A DNA stretch of 64,000 nt. It comes from Chlorokybus atmophyticus. Taxonomy: Eukaryota > Plantae > Mesostigma and Chlorokybus algae. The notes below the pieces were generated by a model. It was not told where the DNA came from. It made no database searches and saw nothing but the letters and a program-made list of their open reading frames with translations. The stretch's first letter is position 1; each line of letters starts with the position of its first letter. Location: assembly GCA_009103225.1 (NCBI GenBank), contig RHPI01002204.1, positions 248,001 to 312,000 of the forward strand, read 5' to 3'. The position numbers and the translations under genes were made by a program. Shown here piece after piece: positions 28,501-40,545 of the stretch.

Positions 28501-30970
28501 AACGCGGCCACCTCCCCGCGCAACTCGTCGCGGGACTTCTCGGCGTCGAGGCGGGACTTGTCGAGGGACTTGAGACGGGAGAGGGCGAGCTCGCGGGCCT
28601 TGTTGACACGGGCGGTCTCCGCACGGACCTGAGAGGGGGAGGGTATAGTGTGTGTGTGTGTGCGCGCGCGCGCATGCACACGCACGTGCAAGCGCACACG
28701 CGCGCGCGCACGTGCGTGTGCATGTGTGTGTGCGTGTGCGTGTGCATGGACACCGCCTTTACCTGAGACACTTCTTCCTCCTTGACCTTCAGCTCTACCA
28801 CCCTCTGGCTGTTCTCCGCCAGCAGCTGCGTGTTGGCGTGGACCTGTTCTTCCAGGTCGGCGTGGAGCTTGGCCACCTTCTGAGCGAGGGCCTCGGCCTC
28901 CTTGCCCGCGCGCTCGGAAGCCGCGCGCTGCTCCTTGAGCAACACCTCATAACGAGCCAACTGCTCCTGGCCCTGCGGGTGGGAGTGGTGGGGGTGAGTG
29001 GGGGTGGGTGGGTGTCTGTGTGTGTGAGGTGTACATGTGTGTGCAAACGCATATGCGCGTGTGGGTGTTTGACGAGAGGGGGTGTGTGTGTGCGCGCGCA
29101 AGAGAGAGAGATGGATGGCATGCGCGCGTGTGGGGGTGGGTGGGTGTCTTGCTGAATGAGAGCCTGTGCACCCGTGCACGTGCGTGCGTTTGCGCATCTG
29201 TGCATCTCTATGTGTGCATGCAAGCGTATGATTGCAACCTACTTGTGCCACGAGTGCTTGTTTTGACCGTATCTCCGCCTGCCTCGCTTCCAGCCCTCCC
29301 CTCAGCTCTTTCATCTCCTTCTCCATCCTCTCCTTCTTCCTCTGCTCCCTCTCGGCGTCCGCCTTCCTCGCCGCGATCTGTTCCCTCAACGAGTGCGCGT
29401 CGTGCTCCGCAGCGATGCGCTCCGCCTCGGCCAGACGCAACTTCTCGGCGGAGTCGGAGACTTCAGCGCGGAGAGAGACGACCGCGGATTGGCCGGCGTC
29501 GCGCTCCTTGATCGCCTCGTCGCGACCCCTGCGTGGTGGAGTGAAGGGAGAGGTTAGTCGCTGCAGGACACGAAATAGTTCTGACCAACAAAGCGACACG
29601 CGCACAAAAGCACACGCACGTGCGAGCTCACGCGCATACACACAAGCGTGCGTGCACGCACACACACACATACGGACGCACACGTGCGCGCACACACAGT
29701 TACACATGCTTGCATGCACATATATGGAGATGCTTGTACATTTGTACGGGTGCACGCACACGCACCCATGTGCAAGCACTTGCACATACACATATATACG
29801 TGCGCATGCACACACACACACAGTTACACGCACACCCATATACACCCACACCCACACCCACACCCACACCCACACCCACACCCACACCCACACCCACACC
29901 CACACCCACACCCGCACCCACACACCCACCCCTACCTTATCGCTTCCGCCAGCGACTGTTCCTGTCCGATGCTCAATCCCGCCCCCGCCTCCACCAGCTT
30001 CCCCAGGTTCGATATCTCCATCTTCAGTTGCGCTATCGTCTCTTTGGCCCTCGCCTCCTTCTCGTGGGACGCGTCCACCATCTTCCACGCCTTCTCGATC
30101 TCCTTGCGCAGAGCGGAGATCGTCGTCTGGTCCTCCTCCGAGAGCTTCAGGGCGGTCTGGACGCGGGCGGCGTTGGAAACGATCTCGGAGTTGAGCTCGC
30201 GGCATTTCTTGATCAGGCGTTTCTCGGACTCTGTGGGAGAGAGAGAGAGAGTGAGAGAGGGTGGGTGTGGGTGGGTGTATGAGGACTTGACACAGTCTGA
30301 GTGAGTCGCTGACTCACTACATTACTCACTGGTCGTTGATTTTCTGTCTTGCGACCGTGATCTAGTGAGTGTTCCAGAGTTCCAGATTGCTCACCGTGCG
30401 ATTTGCGCAGAGCGCGGTGCAGCTTCTCGTACTCGCCGCGAAAGCGCTCGAGGGACTTGTCGCCGGAGAGTTCTTGCATGACCTCCTGCAGGTTGGGGTG
30501 ACAAGTGAGTTGCACAACAGAGAGAGTGAGAGCGAGATTGTGGGTGTGTTTTTCAGTGTGTGTGTGCGCGCGTGTGCGTTGACGGCCGCTCTGTTACACA
30601 GCAGCCTGTATACATCGCTGCGCAACCAAGCAGCATTGACGGGTAACAGCGTGTGCGTGAGTAAGGCTTTTTTCTTTGCTGTCAAAGTGCTTGACCCAAC
30701 ACAACATTTCATCAGTCAAAGGGCTTCAGACCATTCCTTCTCCAACAGCGATCTAATGTTTAAGCTGGATTGGTTGACCATGCGTGTGAGTGAGTCCTTG
30801 AGGCAACAAGCAATTTGTCTATGCTGTTCGCGCACCTGAAAATCCCTCTCCAGCGCCTCAAAGGCCTTGGCCTCGTACCCGTCGCCGCCATTGGCGGCTG
30901 CGGCCGCCTTGGCCTTTTCGTCATCAACAGCAGCCACGATCGCTGCGGCCGCCTTCTCCTGGTCCGCCAT
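25581..30970 (-). CDS. CFAP58: Cilia- and flagella-associated protein 58 (CCDC147/FAP58-like), multi-exon coiled-coil
   Basis: [127 protein letters not shown] and a C-terminal [10 protein letters not shown]. Confidence 0.93.
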
Positions 30971-31335
30971 GTTGACCACCTCAACCTCCCCCTCTCCCTC
31001 TTGCTCCTCCTCCTCCTCCTCAGCCAGGCCCCATTATTAGACAAGCATCCGCGACGCCACGTACCACAAGACTCAGCTCTGAACCCTGGCTTACTTACTA
31101 TCTAAGCGGCGGCGGCGACCCACAAGTAGGAGGTGGACGTGCAGAGAGACAAGGCTACACGTGGCCGCCGCACAGCGCCTGCGCTTAAGATAGAAAAATT
31201 GAAGCAAAAAGCCTCCGCGTCTGCGAGACGCACAAGCCGCACAAGAGCGCACAAGGCAAGTCGTCACGTGACGGTACCACTCTCGTCGCCCGCACAGGCC
31301 ACGGCCACGGCCACGTGGCGGCGGCGGCGGCGGTG

Positions 31336-34300
31336 ATGGCTCCGCGCTACAGCTATGCCACTGATGCCGCTACTACCACCGCCGCCGGCTCCCTCAAAAG
31401 CAATATGTTTCACAGGGACGATGACCTGGCGACTCCTGGGAGGGACATCAGCAGTGGGAGGCTGCACCATCATCAGGTGAAGTCACCCTCTACCTGGCAG
31501 GTGGTTGATGCTGCTGCTGCTGCACCCCAGAAACCCCCTTCCAGCCAGAGGATGATCGCAGAGCTCGTGCAGATCGCGCCGTCCACCAGAGCTCTGCACA
31601 AAGCAGTAAGTGTGTCTGACAGTCAGCGTGTTTGTACACATCATCTGCATTACAGCACACCCTTCACTGACATATGGACAGCCATTGTCAATATGTCATG
31701 ACCACAGCTGAGTTGTCCGCAAACCAACACAGGCTGCACATCGAAATGGTTTTCGACTTAGTTTGCACAACACATGTGACGCAAAACGTGAAAGGTTATG
31801 GAGTTTGGTGGAATGCAAACTTGTGTCGAATGTGCGTAAATTAACAATGCATGCTGCGATGGCATGTTAGACTGTACACACATGCTTAGGGCTTCTGTAC
31901 ACAGCGACCGCATATTACGTTTGCGTGACGGGCAAACAAACACATACACATGCGCACAACAGGTGCATGGGACAATCAACATACTGTATGTCATGTATGC
32001 TGCATGTAGCAAGAGTATCATCGGAGTAAGCACTCCGGGGATTTACGAACAGACACCTCTTCCACATGAGTCACACAAGCACACAACCATCCCAGGTGCA
32101 GTCTTTGCGTGAGGAGTGCGACGCTTGGGAGTTCCGTCGCAAGGAGTCTCAGCGCCTCCTCGGTTCTCTCGCCGACCACGCCGCAGACCTCGAGGGCGGC
32201 TCCACTGCCGTGCGCGACGCGTGCGCGGACCTCCTCATGTCCTCCTCATCCATGCCATCCACATCCTCCTCATCCTCGCCATTCAACAACTCCATCGCCT
32301 CATCACCGAGGCGACTACCGTCGCCACCGCCGCCGCCACCAACAAAGATGACATGCAGCAGTGGTGCCTCATCGTCCTCAGCCTCAGACTCGCTGATGCA
32401 ACAACTCAACATGCTGGAATGGTGGATACCGCCAGCAAAACTCAAGGCATGGGAGCATTGCCTCCCTGAATGCATGATGATGTGTACGTGTGCACGCGTA
32501 CACGCGCGCGCATGTGTGTGTGCGCACGCATGTGTGTATGCACGCGCATGTGTGTGTGTTGTGCGATATGTGATGTGCACTGTGCAGGTGTTGAGGGAGA
32601 AAGCGGATAGGTACGAGGAGATGTTGGGTCCGGGGGTGGGGTCGCGGCCAGGCACGGGGGTGGGGGGTGAGGTGTTTGGGGCGAGGACGCTTGCGGTGAT
32701 GGAAGGGCGGCTGCGGACGGACATTGCCCGACTCCGAGCCCGCGCAGCCCAAGCCCAATCCGCCGCCGACCATGCCGCCAAAGAACTCAACGATGCCAAG
32801 CACCGACTCGCCAGCGCACGACACCACACGTAAAAAGAACATTTACCTGCACGCTTGCACGCCTTTTGTTAAACAAAGGACACATTACTTACCTTACTCG
32901 CCTTCCTTTCACAAATCACACGTCCCACATAGGCACATGCATAGACGCGCGCCTGCAAGCAAACACACATGTGCGCGCACATAGATAGACGTGTACACAT
33001 ATACACGGACATGCGTGCACTCACCGATGCACGCCGGAACACCTATGTTGGTGAACATCTAGATGCGTGCATATACAAACTCGTGTGTAGATACACAATA
33101 CATACACAATCATATACCCATACACAATACATACACAATCATGTACCCAATGTACTATCACAGGGAGGAGGCGAGGAGGGCGAGGGGAAGGCAGGGAGAG
33201 AGGCTAACAGAGAAAAGGTTGTTCTGGCGCGGGGTGTTGGCGCGGTGGCGAGCGGCCGCGGATGCTGCCCGCCGCGGGGCCGCCTTCCTCAGTAGCGCCA
33301 CCAACAAAGCACACAACAACAACAACATGACCAACTTCATCTACAATTACAGCCTCTATAACACCACCAGAAGCGTGAGAAGTGCGGCTGTGGAGCGAGG
33401 AGAAGACCTGGAAGAACATGAACAAGAAGGAGAAGAAGCACGTGAGGGCTTGATGTTGAACGATACACAACAAGCATTGCAGACTCGTGCTGCCGGTGGA
33501 GAAATCAGTGCCAAGGCCATAATGCCTGCAGTGCTGATGGACCTGCGCATGGTAAGCAACAAAATCAACATATGCACGCGCGCATGACCAACACTACATG
33601 TCAGGTGTTGAGCAAGTCTGGAGACGACAGCGCGCCGGGACTGCTGCAGCTGGTGGACCGAATGCTTGAAGCACAGGTGAGCGTGTTGACACAGATGTGC
33701 GCGCGCACATGTGTACACACACATAGGATGAATCAGCCCTTACGTGCACTTTGAGACCATCGTGCAGAATCTGACAGTGGAGCTGATGAGTGCGAAGGAG
33801 AAGGCTGAAAGGCATGTTGCTGAGCTCCAACTCCGCATGGTATGAGAACTATCAGCCCAAATGTTGGAACACCTACCACAAGCCTCTTCTTCACCACACT
33901 TGTTGACTAGGTTTTGTGCATGCACTTAACAACCAGCAAGTGCACACAGGATGAAGCGAGGACCCAACTGCAAGCGCTGGCCCTTGAAGGACCCCCACCA
34001 AACTCCACCCATCGCGCAGTGGTAACAATAACAACAACAATAGCAACGACAACGACATAGCCAACTTGTACTGACTTGCCTCGCAGGATGAGTTGCAAGC
34101 GAGGGTGGGTGCGGCGGCAAGGCGGGCGGCGGGGGCGCGGGTAGCGTGGGGTGATCGGCGTGATTGTCTTTCACTCGCGCAAGCGGGGCTCGCGACCATC
34201 CGCGACCGCCTTGTTGTGGTTGAGGGCGCGCATATGGACATGAACACGGATGACAACAAGGATAAGGATGACGGTGAAGCCTCTCCTGATGGCAACAACA

Positions 34301-35457
34301 AGAGTGGCGATGTGTTCTGCCACGTGTTGCGCGCATGCGAGGCAGGTATCACACGTGCGTTGGAAGGCATAAACAACCCCGCTGCGCATTCCAACCACAA
34401 CGACAGCGAGGCCAACAACAACAACAATGGGGATACCGACCAGCATGGTGCGCAACGCCTGTCTCAAAACTTGTCGCGGAGGCCCTCCCGTGCAGTTGGA
34501 AAAGAACGAGGAGGCAAAGAGCCATCTTCGCCACCCAATGCAAGCGGGGTTGTTGTCCAGCGGCTTGAGAGCATCAGCTCTGAGGAAAGTCTCAACACGT
34601 TCAGTAGCTATACCTCAAGAGAGAACACTGCATCCCCACGCAACCACAACCTGAGTGGATTCGCCAGTGCGCGCAGCTTTGCGCCGGGAGACCAACCTTA
34701 CAACTTCCGCTGCTATGCGGTGAGCTTCGCATCCACACATCAATAACCGCATGTATCATATGTAGCCACAGCACAAACGCTGACACGTACCTTGGTAACA
34801 GCCACATACATGGGCAAGAACACACGCACCTGCATGTGCACACATCTGCACGTGTACATGCCAGAACGCTTATAAAGTGGTGTGCGCGCGCGCACGCACG
34901 CACTCACTCACGTGCGCATGTGTGTACACACAATTTAACACAGTATTGCACTACGAGGTGTGACAATGCGCACGCCTTCGTGACAGGTGAGGAGCAGCAG
35001 TGCGGCCAGCAGCAACGGTTCCACGGACTCAGACTATGTTGGCAATGCGTGGGGCCATGATCGTGATGAGGATGACAAGGACGGGGCGTTGAACCGCGAG
35101 CAAGTAAAGCGGCAGTCTGCAATGATAACGGGCGGCGTGCGGCAGCACCAGAACAAGCTGTTGAGCAGACAAATGCGGTTTCTGCGCGACAAGCAACAAC
35201 AACAGCAACAGCAAAAACAGCAGCAACAAAGGCAACAACCACAGTACCGGTATGGCAAGGTCAGAGGGGCTCCCTCGCTTGACTTGGATCGAGCCTCGCT
35301 CAGGCATAAGAACAGCACATCTGGCTCACCTTGAATGTGCAGTAATGCAGTAAGTTGTTCCCTGCTTGTGAGTGATGCCGTGACACAGAAAGCGATTGAC
35401 GAACAACAGATGGACTTTGCAGAGGCAAATGCGCATGAAGTGTTGATGCCACAATAA
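31336..35457 (+). CDS. Orphan multi-exon protein with coiled-coil and low-complexity regions
   Basis: A chain of phase-compatible exons (LHKA|VQSLREECDAWEFRRKES, VLREKADRYEE, EEARRARG, VLSKSGDD, DEARTQLQ, DELQARV, VRSSSAAS, KAIDEQQMDF...PQ*), with one likely GC donor near 32447. No family recognised; the exact model is tentative. Confidence 0.6.
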
Positions 35458-35533
35458 TGTTGGGCAAGGTTAAGCAACGTGTATATTGTACAATCTGGGC
35501 TGAGTGTCTAAACCTACAATAATAGCTAAGAGA

Positions 35534-36835
35534 TCAACTGTTGTTGTCCAACATTTTGGTGACCATCTGCGCCATACTACCAACAGCTATTGAACCCCAA
35601 TAAGCGTACAGCATCAGCGGGAACACCACCTGCATGCACAACCCAGTTGATCACCATGCCTGCAGAAGAGCAGAAGTGGCCAAACAAAAAACATGCGAGC
35701 ATCACACTTGCTCACCATGCTCACACGCCCAAACCATTGCTCGGCAACCGCCAATACTGGCTTCGGGCTGGCTGTTGACACAACATAAGGCACATGGGCT
35801 AAGCACTTGCCACTTAACTCGCACAGACCAGCAGAGTAACAGGCCAACATTTTCTTGCAGATGCTGTGCGTGCATGAGCAGAACTAGCATTTGTACCTCA
35901 CGCCTACAAGCAATGTGAATGAGAAACGCACATGTGCGTGGAGTAGATGCTGTGGTGTCGTTTTGCTGAACCAACAACGAAGATGACATCCATATCAGTG
36001 CATGCCCACCCACCATGCATGCAGCAACTGGTGAATGCAGCAAACAATGTGACAGACCTCTTCGCCTGCTGTTCGGCTTCTGCGCTCCAGCCTCAGTGAA
36101 CTCCGCCAGCGACACCGGCTTCTTGGAGGCCAATGCAGCCTCCCGACGCACTTCCGGCAATCGCCTTTGCCAGCAACAGTACCATCAGCATGCACAAGTC
36201 CCAAAAACCCTAACTGACGCACCATTGGCGAATGAGCGCCACTTGCACACATCTATGTGTTGTTCAACTTGCAACATGCAAGCACTTGCTGAACTGGCAA
36301 AACCCTGCACAAATCTATCTACGCGAAGCTTATGCTGCTTGGCCGAGCGACGCATAAGCAGCAGTAAGCCAAGACAGAATGTTCTGCGATGAGTGTCGTA
36401 AATTGTGCAGCTGAACTCTAAGGTGCGTGTAAAACAAGTTGCAGCTTGCTTGCTGCAAAAGCTTGTGGTTGTGCAAAACATGCAAGCATAAATGCACGGG
36501 CCATACCTGAAGTCAAACATACGAGTTCCGGCAGCTTCGCGGGGGTAGTTGCAGCTTTCGCCAGGGAACACGTCATCAACGTCGTCCTCATTCTCGTCAC
36601 CACGGCGAGCGTCGCCATCGCCTCTGATGGGCTGCTGCGCCGTCGACCTGTCGGCGGACACTGCCGCCCGCACGCATGGCCTCCTCCTGGACGACACCGC
36701 CGCCGCTGTCGCCGGCCGTGGTCTCGCCGACAACCTCCCCACCCTTCTCACAGACGCCGCTGATGGCACCGGTGTCAAGCATACGCAGCAGCTCGCCACG
36801 ACGCCTGCGCCGCCCATGGCGGCGGCGACGGCCAT
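35534..36835 (-). CDS. Putative plastid-targeted protein of about 195 aa with one C-terminal hydrophobic helix
   Basis: Exon 1 (36835-36507) encodes a transit-peptide-like MAVAAAMGGAGVVASCCVCLTPVPSAASVRRVGRLSARPRP. Exons 36164-36058, 35771-35716 and 35629-35534 join in phase (2, 1, 0) to give 196 codons including the stop. The exon 2 acceptor (AAG) is weak. Confidence 0.5.
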
Positions 36836-36943
36836 TCCACAGTGTGCCACGTGGCATGCCAGCTCTCACGTATCAACCCCCAGCCCTCATCTCGGTCGAC
36901 TGAACCCGATGCGTTCTCGCAGGTTCAATCTTGGTCGGGGACA

Positions 36944-36952
36944 TTAGGGTTT
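36944..36952 (+). promoter_or_regulatory. Telo-box (TTAGGGTTT) in the bidirectional spacer before ARL8
   Basis: Located between the ATGs at 36835 (-) and 37151 (+). Confidence 0.55.
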
Positions 36953-37150
36953 CCTTGCGTCAGCGTCTTTGTGTCCACGTCACTGTCCTGGTTGGGGGCG
37001 GCGACGGTGGTGGCGGCTTGGGCGGCGTTGGTGTCCATCTGGTTGCAGGCGAGCCGGTTTGTCAGCTTCTCGAAGTGGGATCTTAGGATTGATTACGGCT
37101 AGGATCGCCTTTCTTCTGGCTCTGTTTGGTAGCTTGGTTGGGCGGCAGCT

Positions 37151-38562
37151 ATGGGGTGGTGGGATGCCGTGCTGGACTGGTTTAGAAGGTGAGTTTCTGC
37201 GTGTGTTTTTGGTGACTTCTTCAGGTTGTTCCCTTCAAGCATTTTGTACTTACAGCTGCGAATGGATATCATCGCATGTTGCGTGTGCAGCTTGTTCTGG
37301 AAACAGGAGATGGAGTTGGCACTTATTGGGTTGCAGAATGCCGGGAAGACGTCTCTTGTCAATGTTATTGCGGTAAGACTAGAAAAGCGTATTACTGAAC
37401 AATGCAGTCTTTTGCTTGTCACGTATACCTTTGCGACCATAGACAGCGAGCAGCACGCAGCCTGTGCTCTCATGTGCAGGTCTTATTTATGTGATGAGCT
37501 GCGTGATGGGGTGCATTGTGCATATGTATAGTTGTTTGCGTTGCTGCTGCATTGCTTCAACATGCAGCTTCGACAGCATGTAGCATGCTTGACATTGCTT
37601 CATTGCATGCAAAGCAGTTGGTTTGTCGTACCCATTCCCGTCTGGTTTTCGCGCATGTCCAAGATGTGTGCCTCTGGTCTGTGATTGAAATGAAGCACAG
37701 GCTTGTGAGCCTGACAACATTGACCAATTGTCATGCAGACAGGCGGCTATAATGAAGACATGATCCCCACAGTAAGTCGCATTGTGCATGTTGCCTGTAT
37801 TAACACCTGCTTCAACATGCGCCTTACATAGTCATTGCGTATTTTATGCGCTGCGCATGCATCAACAGCTGTGACTTCGATAGGTTGGCTTCAACATGAG
37901 AAAAGTTACCAAAGGCGCTGTGACGATCAAGTTATGGGACTTGGGTGGACAGGTAAGCCCTGTGTGACATCACACGGCCTCTGTAAACAGTTCGACAATT
38001 GAGCGCTTAACTTTTAGATGATGTTGTGTTTTGTTGTCTTTGTGCAGCCGAGGTTTCGCAGCATGTGGGAGAGGTATTGCAGAGGCGTGAGCGCGATAGT
38101 GTACGTGGTGGACGCTGCGGATCTCGAGTCCATCGACGCGGCCAAGACGGAGCTGCACGAGCTTGTCGCCAAGCCTAGCCTTGCCGGCGTCCCACTCCTC
38201 GTCCTTGGCAACAAGAATGACCTCCCAAACGCCATTGGCATGGAGGACCTTATCGCACGCATGTGAGCACCACTTTATCCATTGCAGTGGGCTTGTTCAG
38301 CACATGACGTGATGTGTGCGCATGTGCATGCGCCCGCATTCGTGCGCGCACGTGTGCACATTTGCATTTGCGCGCGTTTGCGTGCATGCATGTCTGCATG
38401 CCAGCGCGAGGTCGAACTCTGTTAAAACGACATATTCTCCGAAGGCACTTGCGAGACATTCGCAATCGGGAAGTCTGCTGCTACAGCATATCGTGCAAGA
38501 TGGCGCACAACATCGATGTCACATTGGACTGGTTGGTGAAGCACGCGAAGACCAAGCGATGA
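37151..38562 (+). CDS. ARL8: ADP-ribosylation factor-like GTPase 8, 6 exons
   Basis: [74 protein letters not shown] and [11 protein letters not shown]. Exons 37151-37188, 37291-37372, 37739-37771, 37884-37952, 38048-38262, 38445-38562. Confidence 0.97.
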
Positions 38563-39919
38563 TTGGAGGCAAGGAGCCAAACATGCACGCTTTTGTTCGG
38601 TCCCTGCAGCAGCAAATAAGCATTCATTGGTGGCGTCATGTATAGATTGTACAGGAAAGCTGCGTATGCGTAATACCCTCTTGTGACCAGCCACTGGTCA
38701 CATTTGAGGAAGCTGAACTGTTTCGGCATGCACGAGCAGCAAATTGTTTGTACCACACTTAGCGTGAAGCTGTCACTTTCAAGGCACACGGGCATGCCCA
38801 GAACACGCTGTTTGTGGCATAAACAGGAGCAGCGGGCTATGTGTTATAACCTCACATTGCGGTAGCCCATGCCACAATGGCGCGTTCCAGCATGTTGTGT
38901 ACAAAAATGCGAATGACAAAGTGCACATGCTTAGGGTATGAGTGTATTGCACACATGAACACCATTGCATATATTCTACACAACCTATAGTTGCCTCGCA
39001 TATCCTGTCCATGCAATCCGTGCACACTCACGTCATCCAACTGCAAGAAGCAAATAGGTCATCACGTTCACATTATACCCGGTGCCATCACACTACTATA
39101 TGCTAAGTGACCCTATGTACAGTGCATTGCCGTGGGTGTATGGGTGAAGCAGGCAGTAGCAACTTGAAGCAGTCACCAAGTTGAGTTGCGCAAGTGTAGC
39201 AACAGTTAGCGCGGCAGGAGAGGGGACACGAACAGCAAGCAGCGTGCTGTGCTCTACGCCCGCCCCTTTCCCCGCCACTCTCTCGCTGTGGTTGCACGAG
39301 TGTATGAGATAAAGAATGCAAGGATGTGTTGCTATGGGCCCAGCACATGACTTGCCTTTGCAATGTCCATCAACTAGTTTGAAACTTGTGCATTGTCTTG
39401 CGCGCTTGTTAGCTCGTTAGCATGGTGGCCCATGGTTGCCACAACCTTTGCCTATGCATCTTCTCCCATCAACCCTCCAAACCATACACAGCATGCACCA
39501 GCATACCATAACTTCACCACCGGGCTATTGCAGTGTGCCTTGCATAGCATATCAGAACACGCAAGAGTTGCGGTGAAGCCAGCTATAAGAGTGGTTAAAG
39601 CATGCATGTTTAAAGATGAAATGTAGGGCACATAGACACTCATATCAAGACCACATTGATTGTGTTGCAGCTGATACTAAGTCATAAGTTTTGTTTCAAC
39701 TTGCAGCAGAATCTTTGCTGCCATCTGTTGGTTCCGCTGGAAAACCTCAATCACCGCCTTTGGAGTGATACATGAATAAAAGAAGCTATACAGCTACCTC
39801 AGCAGCATCTTTGGCAACCAAGGGGCCCCACACTTGCTAGCTGGCAACCTATGAATAAACGCAACTTGTTGCAACCACAAATGCCAGAGCAACAGTTGAT
39901 GAATGCCTCTCTTCGCACA

Positions 39920-40300
39920 ACCCCACCACCCAACCCTACCACCCAACCCTACCAGCTGCACCTAACCAGCACAGCAGCACAGCCCCAGGGTACGACCTAA
40001 AGGTCCCTGCTCAGCGCAGTGCTGACGTGAGCACTGCGCGGCAAGGGTTGTTGACAACCGTGGCACGCAGCAGCCCGCGCAGTAGTGGCTGAGAGGAGGG
40101 CGGAGGCAGAGGGAGCGGAGGGAGAGGGGGGAGTCGTCCTGCATGTTGATGCTGTTGCAGCTGTGGCCGTGGTTGACAACGGACTGACCAGCGCCCATGT
40201 GAGCAGGTACTAACTGAATGCATGCTTGTATGTCTAACGGGGCGGGCTAGCATTGGTATAGTGTAGCAAGCAGCCATAGATCTAGCCCGGTGGTGACATT
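39920..40300. repeat. Dispersed ~350-400 bp element, copy A, with a hairpin core; homologous to the insertion at 61050-61393
   Basis: Colinear blocks shared with the reverse complement of 61050-61393: a CCACCACCCAACCC leader, a 49-nt core with 41/49 identity containing GCGCAGTGCT-GACGTG-AGCACTGCGC, then CTAACGGGG(A)CGGGC and TAGCCCGGT(G/A)GTGA. Ends are approximate. Confidence 0.7.
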
Positions 40301-40545
40301 TGATGTGTAAAGCGTGTGTATGCTTGTGCTGATGCATGCCATTCATTGTCCACACCATGCATGCTGCCACCGTACCATACCCCTTATATACACAGGGTCA
40401 ATTTCGCAAGGGCCTTGTCTGTCGTATCAAAACAGCCCAGTGTTCGATTTTACACGTATTTTACAAAATTCAGCAAACGTCAGGGGCAAACAGTCATCAA
40501 CCAGTGCCCAACCTATCCTCATTCCCTCTTTGATGAGATGCATCC

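Noticed and set aside
28433-30205. 590-aa ORF and the many other long ORFs in 22600-33100
   Set aside because: They run through (GT/CA)n introns that lack stop codons; only the embedded CFAP58 and TON2 exons are meaningful.
39962-40198. 78-aa Cys-containing ORF (MGAGQSVV...) as a second metallothionein
   Set aside because: It lies inside the dispersed hairpin element, the Cys spacing is irregular, and the reading frame is not evidently conserved in the second copy.
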